The notes: generated by a model from the sequence alone, not told the origin. A stretch of 64,000 nucleotides of DNA from Acanthaster planci (GCF_001949145.1 NW_019091356.1:2674932-2738931), one strand, 5' to 3'; counted from the first letter of the stretch, positions 15,473 to 29,810 are shown. A program made the numbers and translations.

Positions 15473-15796
15473 TGTTATGCCCCAACTACAGCATTAGTCC
15501 CAACTGTAACGGGGACCGTTCCAACTAGAGTGCTATAGTTGGGCTGGCCGAACTACAGCACAGAGGTCCAGTGTGCATATGCGTAGCAGATGCCAAAATC
15601 ATATGACAATGTCATGTTATAGATGTAGTGCCGTATTTTAGATGAATTGTGTCAAGTGTGATATGCATAAACTTGGGTAGGGTTGAGAAAGTTTGTATAG
15701 GAATTGGTCAACAGTTGTTGGGCCTGCCCAACTGCAGCACTACAGCTTTGACCATCCAACTATAGTTGGGACATACACTATAGTTGGGACGTAACA
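15473..15796. mobile_element. MITE with TGT...ACA termini (Ginger-like)
   Basis: Left end tgttatgccccaactacagcattagtcccaactgta is an imperfect reverse complement of right end tatagttgggacatacactatagttgggacgtaaca. Subterminal ccaact/agttggg repeats. Flanks cagc/cagt are a near 4-bp TSD. Confidence 0.7.
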
Positions 15797-16387
15797 CAGT
15801 CGCACTGAAGGAAGCAGGAAATTTGCCCTACATTTAGGGGAATTCTGAAGGTTGCAAGTTGGCCTGCACGTCAAAGAAGCCTCTTAGGGACACGTGCAAT
15901 AAATTATTGGCCCTAATTCGGCATGATTACCCTTAAGCGTATGGCTTGAGCCCCACTATTGCACGCAGAAGGGACGGTGCATGCTGTCTCCTGCCAGAAA
16001 AAAAATCAGGAGAATTGTCTTCCATGTTGTGCGTGGGCAAGCAGACAGGTGGGACTGGGACAGTCCTGTTTTTTTAAGGGAAATGAAAACAAAGAAGAAC
16101 TGTGCATCAAGGGTTGTTCAGTTCCTGTGCCTGCCTGGTAACTTGGCTCACAAGCTGCCCACAGGAGACTCAAATGATCAGTGGTTGGTGTTAAACAATA
16201 TAGCAGACAAGCAATGTTCAATTTTGTGGCATATCTAGGATACTGTTAACGGGATTTTTTTTCTTTGGAACTCAGACAATGAACTTCGAACAGGTGCCAT
16301 CCATCACTAGATATTAAATTCAGTTCCTGGTTAAATACTGAAACTTAAAATTAAAAAGTGTAAGGTGGCTACATTTACATTCAAACT

Positions 16388-16446
16388 TTAACCCTAACAG
16401 TCCTCAGTCTTCTAACAGGTGAAGGATTGAGGACTGTTAGGGTTAA
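16388..16446. mobile_element. Tiny TTAA-flanked hairpin element (piggyBac-like deletion derivative)
   Basis: ttaaccctaacagtcctca ... tgaggactgttagggttaa: perfect 19-bp inverted repeat including TTAA at both ends, with CCC/GGG inside. Confidence 0.7.
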
Positions 16447-19400
16447 TCAAGTTAAGGGGTTAATCAATTTTTGATTTTCACGGGCACTGACGAAGAAAAG
16501 TTATTGACTGCAATAACTAGGCCTCATATTGAATTTCAAAGTATTTCTGATGATTCACAAGTTACCAATGTAGGCTGACCTTGCATAGGCTGTCAACTGG
16601 AAAAAAAAGTAGAAAAAGAAACAATGTTTTCAATCTTGAGTTGTACTTTGAAGATTTATTTCACACTGTAGTGATGTGTTGTACAAACTGATGTGTATTT
16701 TGCCAGAATGTTTGGTGTCAATGAGAGTCGTCACGCATAGTGTGGATTTTGCCATGGGGGGGGAGGAAGCTAAGAGAAAATTGTTGTCTAGCTAAAGGTT
16801 TTCTCAAATGACCCCCCTAGGGGCACCTACCGTCCTCCTCAGAGCGTCGAAATGAGACGGAGGTTGGAAGGAATTGCCTGGCTGCGATGAGAACAAATAG
16901 TACAACCAGGGAGGCCCTGAATTCAATCGCCTTCCCAGGGTAGTTTCTTTTATGGATGAGCATATCCGGTAACGTTGTCTGGGGCGGAGAGGGGCAAATC
17001 CTTTCCTTTGTCAAAACACTAATTACATCCTTAACCTACTTGCATAACTTTTTTTTCAAATGGACGGAGGGCCTGGCTTCCAGGAGGAGCTCGAGAAATC
17101 ATTCTGTACTGAAAATTGTAATTTGAATTAAAATTAAAGGAATAACGTAAGTTTGTTGTGAAGGAAATTTACTTTTCTCCTTTTATTATCAGAGTGAAAC
17201 ATACACAAAAGCAGAAGATGCAATATATGCCTGAGCAGTTAGATTGCAGTCTGGCCAAAGTCATAGAATTTCAACTTATTCGTACAGCACATCGAAATCA
17301 TTTCAGACTTATGAACCATTAGACAGCGAACGTATGCATGAGTGTGGCAAGTATTTTTCTGAAGGAGTATTGATGTCGGGGAGCAGGGATGCGTACTGGT
17401 ACCATCACACTTTCTTTTCGGCCAATGATTTCTGAAATGTGAAGGGATTTCTACTGCCCTTTTCACTGAGTTATCAAATGACATGCTCATGTACTTGAAT
17501 TCAAGTCTTGTGGTGCAACTCCTAACTACAGGGAAATCCTTGATGTTTGTGACAAGCTGGTATTTTTGAAATGGGAGTACTTTGCATAGAAATGAATCCA
17601 TGGTTTTACATGTTTACTCGAAAGCTTCAGAGTCAGACAGTATTGTTAAGTAGTGTGAAAGCATCTTGTTAAAAGCTGAGATGTTCATTTAGGCCTCTCT
17701 GCAAAATAGTTTGGAAGGATTGTTTTTCCATTCAAGGGATTCCATCCAAAGTAAGATTTCTTCTATTGAATTTGTCTTTATTTGTTCGTTTTTAAACATT
17801 TGTCTGGTCTCAAAGGATGCACATTTGTGGTTTAAGTCAAACCATGGCATGTACATGTAGCCAGCTGTTTACGAAAGAAATACATTCCTCATTAGAGTTA
17901 ATAGTGGCAATGGCTCCAAAGATCCTGGGGTGGCTTTTCTGTAGTAATGACCTTGTCATGCACCACAGAGAGCCTGTTGACAGTTATACAGTATAGAAAG
18001 CACTGGCTGGCGTCTGTGTGAAGTGATATGTGTAGATGCAGAACCATTTTGGCAAATTGCTGGTTCTACCAAGGCCAATGCAGGTTATCCAGTCCATTAC
18101 ATATTCTCTGGAAATGACAAAACAGGAAGTTACTGTCTATATACATGCAAAGAAGGAGGTTTCCCTGAAAATTGATATTTCCCCAGATTTTGTTGGAATT
18201 TCAATCAATTAGGCGTAGTGTTTCTTCCCTGCGATGGCAATATATTTAGTCATCAGCGTTGGAAATGAAACCCATGGACAATTCAGATTGCACAGAAGTG
18301 AAAGCCACGTGTCTCTGCCTTCAAGAGCTTCACAGAAGATGGACACTAATAACAGAGCAGAGTCCATGTCCGTACAGCCTTCACAGGAGACCGGAGTCTG
18401 ACCTCCTGCACTGGTCAGCCTTACCTGTACTTGTGATAAGGATGTTGGTTGGTTGACCGTTACGCGTTCACTGTAGTCCTGGCTGAGCTCTGAAGGCACA
18501 CGGCATACATTCAGGGCACATTCATGCACATGTTAAACAGAGTTGACCTTGTGCCAGATGGTTATAAGGTCAGCTTGACATTGCCATTCTTGGGTACTTT
18601 GTCTGATTAAAGTATTGTGTTCAGACTGCTTGCAATCATTCAAGGTGGAAGCACAGACCTGTAAGGTCTTTACCCAACGCCCCATCCCACAAAGCGAACA
18701 TTGCACATGTATGTACATGTATGCCTTTGAGTCTCATTTTTTTTAGGAGTAATACAAATGCCTGTGTAATTTCCCTTTCAGGGAAGGAGCCAAGTTCACT
18801 GGTAAACCCACAGGCAGTGCCCAAGCACTCACCACCTGTTGATGTGTGATTGATAAATACCCTGAATGATTACCACAAAGCCCTGGACTGCGGATGTGCA
18901 GGTTTTCCCAGGGAAGAGAGGCCTCTACATATTGCCCAATTTCACCAGCTGTTCAACCCTCCGAAAGTCCCTTGAGTTCCTGGTCACCTTTCTAGTGTAG
19001 ACATTAATGCATGTTTAAATGTCTGTTGACAAAGAGAGAAAACTTTTTCCTTCTCGTGACATCCATCAGTCACATTCAAAGTTGATATCCTGGCACCGAC
19101 CCAAAATCCAGTCTCAAAAAGTAAAAACTTTATAAAATTCAACTCGGTGTCTTTCCACATACAAACACAGGCACCAGAAAGGGTACAGTAGGAAAAGGTT
19201 ACTTTTTTTTTACCTTATTTTCGTACAGTCCCTTTTGTTCAAAGGCTTTGTGCCAGATAAAAAATAATTTGTATAAAGTTATTGTGTGGCCATTGTGTCA
19301 CTATTGTACTCCTGACGGGACTTGATGGAGCGTGCCTATTATAAATTGACTACATAAATTTAAAATAGAAACTTAAAGCACGGCTTCTGGAAAAGACCAA

Positions 19401-21399
19401 CCAGTGTAACAAAAAAGGTATTCAGTACTCTAGTTGTGTATCTTTGGAAATCAGTTTAAGCCCATTTGTTCCACCTGGGTACATGGACCCGTACATGCAA
19501 GTTGGCCTCAACTCACAAGTCACGTATTACTTTCACATGTCATGAACATGTACAATCACACCAACAGGTTCCCTTTCAAGTGTTGGGAGAAAACAGAGCT
19601 TTCAGAACTCCGTAAAGATTGTCGAACAACCCAGAACATCACTAAAAGATGTGAAGTGGAAGGGGGGATGCCTGAGGCAAGGATGCCGTGGTTGTGAAAG
19701 GTGTGAGGAGTTTCACGCATTGCCTCACATCTCTCTGGATTTGGCCTCCGAGTGGAAACGCACATGTACATGTCTATGTGTGCATGTAGGCCTACATGTA
19801 AGAGCTTCACGGGCATGAACAGGCCTTGAAAAGGGAATGGGGGGGGGTGAACAAATGCTGTTAAATGTCGAACCAAGGCTCTTGTACTGCATTTCAAATT
19901 GAAGAAGTAAAAGTACTCCAGGATGGAGTTTTGTTAAAAAAAGAATCGTTTCTGAAACTTTGTAAAAAATTTTTTACACTTACACGTATGTGCACGTATT
20001 CATTCAATGTGATGTTTTAAAAAGTGTTACATAGATTCCTATCTAACGGTTATCGTAGACATTAATTTGTATTCCGAGCCAGATGTCAGATTTTGGGGAA
20101 GTCAAGCTACGCGTACATGTACGCACATAACATGGACATGTACATGTAGGGGCTTAGTTTGGAACAGGTACAGTTGTTCTGATAGATTCATTCTCATTGT
20201 TGGCCCTCTCCTGAATACCGTACGTGCATTTGCATTGTTTTCATCTTTTGGTTATAATTTGCTCAGGTAACCTTGCTCTACAAGGGGCTTTCTGTCTGCC
20301 AAGCCACCATTCCCGCACACGCATGTACAATGTACATGTGCATTTACCTCTTTCAAGTGTCATGATTCAATCCCTAAAGCTTACATCGTGTTGTGTCTGC
20401 GCTCTCTTGCCTAGTCAGAAGCACCCTTCTGGCTTAAGGGGCCATGATTATTCTGACCATAGAGCTAGATGCTTCAGTCCATCACTCCCATGGAGCCCTG
20501 CTGACAATTCCATTGTGCTTGGCAATAGAGACCTCCATTGGACCAAGGGAATTAACTAGGATTAATGCCCTGATTGGACATTTACGTGCCCTTGAAGAGA
20601 ATGCAAACCTTCCATTACAGCTGTTTTCTTTTCCTTTTTTCCATGTTTTAAAACCTTCAGTTTAATTACCAGTATGTACATGTGTACATGTATATGTACG
20701 CAGGGTTTTGATACATGCTGGAATATAGACATGGGGCAGCCATCTTGATTACCATTCAAAGCAATGTAACCAAACTGAGGCTGGAAGGCAAAATACATAG
20801 TCTGTTCCCTATTATCACTATATTAAGTTGTATTACCATTGGCAATGGGTCTATAGGGACAAGACAAACATGGCAGCATTTTGATAAAGGTCTGTGTGCA
20901 CCCATCTACTGATAGAGGCCAACAAGAAAAAGCATACCTTTTTTTTGTAAAAGATCTGACTGATTGGAGATAAAGTGAAAAACAAAACAATTAATAATGA
21001 CCATAAAAAATCCCGCTATTCTTGTACACCTGTGTGTACATTGTACATGTAGCTTTAACCATTTTAATTTTGATCACAATTTTCTCATTAACATGATTAA
21101 ATGCACATTTTTTTCTCTTTTTTCCCCGCCCCACTGTGTTGCAAGTTCAAGGTACTATTGAAGAGATGTACATGTACGTATACCGGTAGGTGTGCGTGTG
21201 ATATGCAGCAACATATGGCAAATAAAAGTGCATCTTTGAATTCATGAACCGGTACATGTAATGAGATCCAGCAAGAACACATGTACTGGTATGGTACCTT
21301 GGGCAGAACATAAATGTACATGTACAGTAAATTACCTTCTGTTCACTCTGGGAGTCAAAGGGTATAGTGGATAAGTCTGAATGGCCTACATGTACACGG

Positions 21400-22052
21400 C
21401 AGTGCTGTAGGGAGAAAATTAAAATGAGGAGCCGCTGGCTTCTAGGTAGAAAAAAAAAGTTAGGTGCCAGGTCGATTTTTGTATGTACTGTACACACATT
21501 TGCAAACTATGCAAGTACATGTAAGGCCTACAGAACCCTGACAAAGCACACAGAAAAATTATTCTGTTAATTATCCACAGGACAGACAGGCATTGGATTT
21601 GGTGGTGGTGGACTAAACCAAAAATGGCAACCAATTATATGAGAAAAAATCTGAAAGAAAAAAAACAAGGCGTGTTTGTTCTCTTTCTGCTAAAAACTGC
21701 TAGTGCATTTAGATGAATTAAATACGCGAAACGTCTCAGCTCCCCATACACATGCTACAGCGTGCGACCACAAACCAGTCGACTCGGGTACCAGTACCAG
21801 TACGTGCATGTATGTAACTACCGGTACATGTAAGCTACATACGTAGCAAGATGGAGAAAAAAAACGTGATCATCTAAAATACATGGCATAAAAAAGAAAA
21901 CTAGTTGGCGATTGTTGGTGAAATATGACTGACAAGGTGGGCGACTAACGACACAAATCATGGTGGTCATTGGCGATAAGAATTAAACATTTGGTCGCAT
22001 GTCATCTTTTGTTTGGCGCAAATGCGACTTTTGGTCGCACCGTACAGCACTG
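21400..22052. mobile_element. Degenerate CAG-terminated DNA transposon relic (hAT-like)
   Basis: cagtgctgta (21400) / tacagcactg (ends 22052), a 10-bp TIR. Subterminal ggagcc/ggtgcc on the left and repeated gcgac/ggtcgca on the right. No clean TSD. Confidence 0.5.
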
Positions 22053-22734
22053 GCACTGGTAGGCCTACTTTACGTGCTTACGCTAATTGTTTTTATTTGT
22101 ATGCAAAAGTTTGTAATGTGCCAAGAGTGGGCATTTTATCCCACAAATGTCAAGACATCAGTGCCTGAAATAAAACTAAAGCGGCCCAGTGCAGTTGCAT
22201 GCATAGTTTGTACATATATTTCTACAAGACGATACATGTATGATACACTGCATGGGTTAACAGGATCTGGCAGCATGCCAGTGATGCCTGATGGATCTTT
22301 GCCTCTTAACCATCAGTGGCGGCGGCTTGTGCTTTTTTACCCGAGCAGCATGCATGCTGTCATGCCCCATCAATCTAGTAATTTGTTCGCTAGTATGATT
22401 AAGTCCCGGTTATACGGCTCCTTTTTTTTTTTTATCAACTGTGGCTCCCGTGCTCGGCTTCATCGTGTGTATCTTCTTTACATCTCATCAGACCGTATTA
22501 GCAGGAAACAGCGGTCTGTTCTCAACTTGTGTGGGTTGTTTTCGTGTCTTGCTTCTTAAGATGTATTAGAAGCATCCCGGTTTGGCTCGCCCTGTATGGA
22601 GTCTCCCCGAAATGAAGCCATTCGTGATGATTAACCTCTTCCCCGCCCAAACTTTGAACGTGCATCCTCTGACGCAGTGTCACAGTCACAATTTGCACAC
22701 ATTCGAGTTGGGCAGTGCTTTGTCCTAATGAAAA

Positions 22735-22866
22735 TTGATTTGGATTCGGATTAGATTCAGCACATTTTTTGTCAGCTTTAGGTTGGATTCAGATTGAGCC
22801 ACAGAGGCAATTGGATCGGATCGGAATTGGATTTTCGTCTGGATCAAATCGGATTGACCCTCTCTA
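22735..22866. repeat. GGATT/GGATC short-repeat array, probable transposon subterminal relic
   Basis: Many ggatt/ggatc/agatt units ending in ccctctcta. The other end is not identifiable. Confidence 0.45.
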
Positions 22867-25800
22867 ATCTCATCCAACCCACATCTTTAACCATCCTACT
22901 AGATTCCTCAGAATGCACTTGATGTTTTAAAGGAGTATTGCAGGTTTGAGGAGATGGACCTTCATGTACCAATAAGCCAACATGGCATAATTTCCCGTAC
23001 ACATTCACTGCACACTCCCTCCCTGTGCAAGTTAAAAGACAAAAAGAAATAATGACTTGAAGGGTTATATTTGAGGATTTGGAAAGGTTTTATGTTGACC
23101 AAAAATACTGACAGAGTTTGGGCACATTTGTCTTTCCAGTTTTAAGGTTCTGAACTCAATTCCTTGACTTCACCACAGGGTGAGATATTGTACATGTACA
23201 TGGCCATCGTTGTGGCCAGCATGCTGTTCAAGTGGCCAGCATATACTGTTTATATGTATATCAATTTAACAGTTACGACTTCAAGAAGCTTTTAACGGGA
23301 ATCATAAAGTGCCTTTAAGTAATAGATACAGATGGGCACGGAGGTTGGGTAATATTGTTTGGGCTACATTAATGCCCCCTTAGCCGTTATCAATCCTGAT
23401 ATAAAACTTCCACTTGGGCCTCAGTGCATGTGCACTTAAAGAATGGACGACGTGATACATTAAGCCTTCCTATAAATACGGGAGCATGTATAAATGGATG
23501 GGGGAGCCATCTTTATTGCATGGGCATCGATTGAATCCGGTAAGATTTGGTGAAATCATGAAGACAAGGACAAAAAAGGTGTGTGGGGGGAACATTGGCA
23601 GAGCATTTGGTGTCTGTCAGTGCATGGATCAGAATGTTGTTCCACTAAGTGCAGGGGTAAATCTAGACGGATGGAGCGCTGGCCGGGTGTTCACGGGGGC
23701 ATTTAGCGAGCCTGTTTTGGAGTGTGTGAAAGGCTGAAAGCCATAGTGCACTCTCTACATTTTTTCCTTACTTTAATTTGATAGGAGGAGGGGGGGTAAG
23801 GACAGAAGAGTGCTGAACTGTATCTTTCTCTCTCGAAGCATCTTGAGAAAAGTTGTTTGCCAAGGGTCAAAAAACGGTGCCTTTTTGAGGTCTTTCATCT
23901 TAAAAAATGTGAATGTACTTGTATTACATTGAGGGAGGACTTACTTTACCAATGTGCAGTGTGCGTGCGTACTTCTAGTGTATATCGGTGCGCTAACCTT
24001 ACGTACCTAGTGTGGACTTGTGAACAAAAGATGTCCACACGATGCAGGAAAGGAAGACGTTCTGTGGACTTACACATGTCCACAGGATGTTTCCCCTTCT
24101 CTGAAGAAGTTTAGAGGCATTTTGGGATAGGGGTCATCTGTCGGAAGAGGAGTAGTCAAGGAAGCCTTATACAAAAAGCCAGCTGAAAATCGTGTTCCCA
24201 GTTCAAGAAAAATGAGTATTTTCTCTGAGTTTTCTAACTGCATGAAAAGAAAGAAATGTCCACACTAGGTACATGTACATGTATGTATGTATGTATGTAT
24301 GTAAGGTAAGTGTGGGTGTATTTGTATGTGTACCATGTTTCTAGACATTTCTTTTTCTTGAGACTTCATTTCAGCATCTGTAACAAATGGGGCTTATCTT
24401 CAGTGGCAGTGCACTGGCAAAAGTTTCCATCCATGTGGAGACTGAAATCCACAGCGTTTGAAAGCGGAGGGCTCTTCCCATCTTTTGTGTATGTTGGAAG
24501 GGTTCAGCTACCATTACGTATACCGGTACATGCTCTTGAATTCCAGTGCAAACAGGTTGTCCATTTGCCCAACAACGAATCAGGTGTTCGGGTGAACAGC
24601 ATTGGTATGCAGTAATAATAATACATGTACCCCAAGCTTATGGGAAGAGGTTGGAGTCTGTGATTTACCAGAATACGTACATGTACATGGTATGTGCACA
24701 GTATACACATCGTATGCACGTAATGTACATGTAAGCGGTGTTAGCAAATTTCATAAATTTCAAGGTGTACGTGTATATGTCTCCCCCAGGCCTGGTACTA
24801 GGTCCATAGCACCTCTCTCCAGTTGGCTGCATGAAATTGGCCCCCAGGTGCCACTTCTGTTATTTACAAATAATGGTGGAAGGGGAGATTGATATGTTGT
24901 TTACGTGCTCCATAAACCAATTTCCAAGTAACAGGTGTAAATTATTTTAAATTAAAATATTGATCCCTGCACACCCTGCTCACTTTTCCAATTTGACGGG
25001 GTCAGGGTAGTTGATGCATGTGACGACTTTGCAGAAGGTGAACAAGTTTTCCTTTGTGAAATTGGACTGTTTTTTCGGAATCTGCGCGTCAGAAATTGGT
25101 TTGCAAAGGTGGTACCATAAAGTGGCAATTTTTTCTAGCACAAAATGTTTCAAATACTCCTTTTATATTGGACTTAGTTTCTGGAGAGTGTACATATTGA
25201 TATTTCTGAAAGTTGAATTGAATTAAAAAAAAAATTCCAGGTGGAGAAAAAGTGTTGATGTTTTACATTAGTTTGATTAAATAAGATGACAGGGGCTGTG
25301 AGAGGTGTCGCTCAAACTGCGAGTCTGGTGGACTCGGAACAGGAAATCTGAGGGGAATCATCCCCAGCGCCTGGGCTAGAATTTCTTGGGGAGGATGCCG
25401 GGACCACCGTCTAATTGCGTCAGAGCCTCTAGGTGCTGTCGGCTTCATAACAAATTCATGTCTAGCTGCAGGCAGGATCCTTGGGAGCCGGTGGCCAATA
25501 CGGGAGGAGAGACAGCGATCAAAAACAACAGCTCATTGATCCTGGGGTCTCCCCCCCCTCTCCCCAACGGAATTGCAGCTTTTCCTCCGGGCAGGTGGGG
25601 AGCTGGGGAAGCCAATTTCATTTTTTTTTTCCTTCTCAGTCTGTCGTCTTCCCTTTTCCTTTGAGCTGAAAGAAAGGGGAACCTCTGAAGCGCACGGAAT
25701 GTGAGGTCTGCACCTCATCTTTGTCTTGTCGGTCGCTTCAAAGCTCAGGATGGTGTGAATCATTGACGAGATGGATCAGGGTGTCGCCCCAAGTTTCTTG

Positions 25801-26980
25801 TGTTTCCCCAGTTTGTGTGTATTCCAGATCATTTTCAGTAGGAGTCGGGCACTTCTGCTGTACGCCCTAAATGTTAAATGAAGATGAGCAGCCGCATTGA
25901 TAATCAAAGCAGTCACTGGAATTTATGAACAGTTCCGCTAAGAAGTTCTTCCTCCAAACTGTTGAATGGTGATGCTGTGTCTTTGGTGTCATTCCTTCTC
26001 AAAGACACATGCAGTACATGTCTGTGGTAAGTTTTGACATGTACCGCTACCACAGAAGGAAAAAGATGAAATGAAGACAAAGAAATGTTTGGAATTGATG
26101 CCCATCAAATTTGCACCGTGGGCACGTTCAATTACACAATCCTTTGCTTACGTCTGCGTACCACTAACAATGAAGGTAACGGCATGCCAATACTGACATA
26201 TGTATTGTGCTAAAGCACGTACCCCTTACAAACTGTACATCTTGCAAACATCACATCTATGAATTATACATTCCTGTTTGATGGAAACAGGCAGCATTGA
26301 AGAGCCAATAATGCATCACCAAAAGAGCATTTCTCTGCACAAACAACCAGATTGTAGTGCAGACTAAAGGCCACTCAGACATGTTTTCTTGTAAACATCC
26401 AGACAGTAAAAAAAGGGGAAAAAAGCCTAGTTGGACGCCGGGGCCTTACAGCAGTAACAAACCATAAACACTCACCAGTGCAGGCACCATTGTATCAAAG
26501 GACAGAAGGGGGGTGCCTCTGCCGCTCACAATGTGCTTTATGCACACTGCAAATTGAGCAAAAAATGTCCAGGAGCGCTTTGAGCCAGTTAGGCCCATTC
26601 ACACGGAAAATAACAGCCAAGATCAGGGTAAATATTGATAGAATAACTTCCTGTGACATTCTGCCTTGCTTGTGTGCACAACTTTGGTGATAGAAAATGT
26701 GCTTTGGGCACAAACAGACTGCAGTGTGGAGTTTTGAAAAAGAGTTGCTCTTTTTTGTCTTGGAAAAATCCCAAAAACTATAGTTGGAAGTAAATATGTT
26801 GTAAACCATGTTCCAAGTGACCTTCCTTTTTAAGACACAGCTCTTCACATGTGATTACATTCTCGTGGAAAAAGCAGTGAGAAATTCTTCTTTTGAAGGT
26901 TTGATACAGGTACTGGTACATATATTGTAACCTCAAAAGTGACTCCTTGGGAGATCTTCTGGGGAGATCTCCCCAGGAGA

Positions 26981-27340
26981 TTATAATCCTTTTGCGAGTT
27001 AAATTTGAATGAAATCTGGTACACTGAGTTATTTAATTGCACATAGAGATAAGAATTAGAATTCTACTGACTAAAGACACTGTTGCTATACGGGTACCTT
27101 GTGATTTAGGGCAATCTTTTGCATAGCGACTGCTGTCTCTGGAAAAGACTCGTTCCTTTGTGCTGTTCTTATCCATTGAAAACAGTTTATTGGTGCAAGG
27201 GGTCTCTTATGTAACTAAGCGTAAGCTTGCCCTTAATCACATGGTACGGGAAATTCAACATACAATATGTTCACATGAATTTTAAAAACTCAGTGTACCA
27301 GGTTTTATTCAAATTAAACTTAAAAAAAAAAGGCTTATTG
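26981..27340. mobile_element. MITE family A, copy 1
   Basis: Terminal IRs (gagttaaatttgaatgaaatctggtacactgagtt / aactcagtgtaccaggttttattcaaattaaact). Collinear along its length with 48071-48438. Confidence 0.85.
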
Positions 27341-29694
27341 TTACTGTTCTTGATTTCCATGTTGGAGTGGTTTTCAGGCATTTCTGGAAAGCTTTTTTCC
27401 AAAAAAAGAAAGAAGTTCATCACTGAGCTTGCCTTTTGAAGATATTTGTTTGATATTAGGCATTTAGCGCACTGGCATGCACCTTGCAGCGTAGAATATA
27501 AGCAGTCCCTCGAAATTGCCTCTCAGAAAGAGATGCCAGTCTGTGCTTGAGAGCTCAATCATCAATAAGGCAATACAGACCCTGCAATATCCCATCCCAA
27601 ACTTAAGTTATAGATTATTTGCTTAGGTAAATGATCTTTCTCTTCCACCACAATCCTTGAAAGCCAGGCCGCAGGACAAAGGGAAGGCCACTCCACCCAC
27701 AGAGGAAGGGTGCTCCACCAATCTGAAGCAGGAATTTGATCCAGTGCCAGCTGATCCTCGCCAAAAAAAAAAGAAAGGGGGGGGAGGTGGAGGGGGAGGC
27801 TGGCTGACTGAAGGTAATCGGCTCAGGCAGATGAGCGCTACCCAAACAGGGCCTTTGTTCAGGGAGGGCACCCCTTTCAGAATGAGTAATTATCCATGGG
27901 AGGCAATTCAGCTGAAAGGAAATCCTGCAGTGGAGAACAATGACTAGGATTTAGTGCCCTGCATTCCTGGGGTTGGCCCTTCTTTTATAGTGCAAAGTAT
28001 TTGAGAAATTCCACAGCCAGGCAGAGCTTTTTTGGGTTGTTTTGATGTGAGAGATTTGTAAAGCTTTGCATGGGTCCTAGCATCACCATTAGAGTCATTT
28101 GATAAAGTCCATTCTTGTGACACACAGGAGTGAATCATGTCAAATCTATCGCAAATGAAATTTTGTTTGGTGGGCATTTTGGGGTTGGCAGCGTCGTATT
28201 TGCGGCGATTGGGACCATGGAGCATTTGGTTAAGAAATACAATTTAACTCCGCAGGTTGGCTGTTGGTGGTGATCTGTGATGGGGTATCAGCTATCTGGT
28301 TGCATATTTGATGGTAGTTCATAATTTCGGACAGACGTTTGGTTGACGATAAAAATTCTACCATGTGCTGTGGCTTTCTGGTGCCTATCTCGTACATGTA
28401 ATTCAACTGTTGCATTCAGTGTTAAGCTTGAAATTACAACTGGACATTTGCAATTATCTGACCCCGTTTGGTTTTGTCCCACCAAAAGCAGATGCGATCG
28501 GACAAAACATCTGAAGGAAATGTAAAGTCAACAATCCCCAAAGCAAAAAATTTCACGGTGTTATTGCTCTGGTTTTCAATTAAAACTATGAGAGTGTGTT
28601 GCTCGTGTAACCTGTCCTATCAAATGTATGGGCGGCCATTAGGGCAAAAAACTTAGAGAGTACATGTATAAATAAAGACAATGCAAATAACAAGTCTAAT
28701 TAAAACAAAAATGTGAATAGAATTGAAAAATGACAAAAAACAAACAAACAAAACAAATGAATTTACCAGTATAATTACAAATGAAAAAATGAATGCAAAT
28801 GGCAAATATACAGGTAAATACAAACACAAAGATAGATGTACACACATGAAATATCACTATTCTCACTTCTTTCCTTTAACATGCCTACTTTGTCCAACAG
28901 GTGGTCCTCATCTACACGTTCATTGCTTGTTGCTTTTTTTTTTGCAAGAATCACCTGAAAAAAAAAAAACACCCAGAAGTTTACGTTTCCAACCTTGTAC
29001 ATGTACTGGTAGTTGTTTGAACAGTGTACACATGTACATGTACACAAGTACATGTACATATCACCGGTGAATGTTACATGTACACCCAAGTGTGTATTTG
29101 CCTGCAACTGGGGACCCCCTATTGTTCCTCTTTTGTTTTTACTTTAACTTTTTCAGAAGACCATCCATATGTTTTGTACACAGTTGTCAATCCGGGGACC
29201 TTATTGTCCGCTATTGTTCAGGGTCCCCAATTGAATGTAGAAACAAACTCATATACACCGGTAAATGTACATGTACATATACACCAGTAAATTTTACATT
29301 GTGCATAGACACCAGTATATGTTACATTGTTGCAGCATTTTCATTTTTCACTTTCCCATATCTGTCGGGTTCAGCCATTCTAGCGAGCAGCAAGAAAAAT
29401 TTAAGTCGGGGAAACAGAAGTATGGAATTCCATCCGTCCGTATTTGTTTCAAATAAAAGTGGGAATTTAATACACTTTCCCATTTCAAGAAGAGAAAACC
29501 AATGGAGAGAGTCCCCAAAGTCTGATTTATTGCTGGTTATCATTGGGAGACATTAGTGAGGTTTTGATATCAAGATTAATAACAGCGCTGTCAGGTTTCG
29601 ATAGAATAGTCTTGCTGATTGATGAGAACAGTTCTTTCTTTTTTGTCAGTAGGAAAGTCACTGGCTTTCTCTAGCAATTCATAAATCAACACAT

Positions 29695-29810
29695 TTCTAA
29701 CACGTTTCTCTTTTCATTTTTTTTTTCTTTTCCCACTGCTTGGCCTCTCGTGGTGCTGTGGTTTATCGCGTCTCTTTGCTGACGCCGTTGCTTTCTGATG
29801 CACCTCGCAG
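29695..29810 (+). promoter_or_regulatory. Extended 3' splice-site region of the microexon: distal branch point, polypyrimidine tract and AG-exclusion zone
   Basis: ttctaac at 29695-29701 is followed by a long pyrimidine tract (~29705-29734). No AG occurs between 29675 and 29808. Several TGCT/CGCC motifs lie between the tract and the acceptor. Confidence 0.6.

Noticed and set aside
15860..15960. gcacgtcaaagaagcc, reminiscent of a SINE core segment
   Set aside because: No Pol III A/B boxes or tail identifiable; too short to call.
21999..22559. Longest ORF in the track (186 aa)
   Set aside because: No recognisable domain, no codon bias, starts within a transposon relic and crosses a poly-T run.
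26959..26976. Perfect 18-bp palindrome ctggggagatctccccag next to MITE A copy 1
   Set aside because: Real but isolated and absent beside copy 2; no function can be supported.
27657..27947. Hydrophilic 96-aa ORF containing KKKKGGGGGGGG
   Set aside because: Derived from A and G runs; no supporting homology or exon boundaries.
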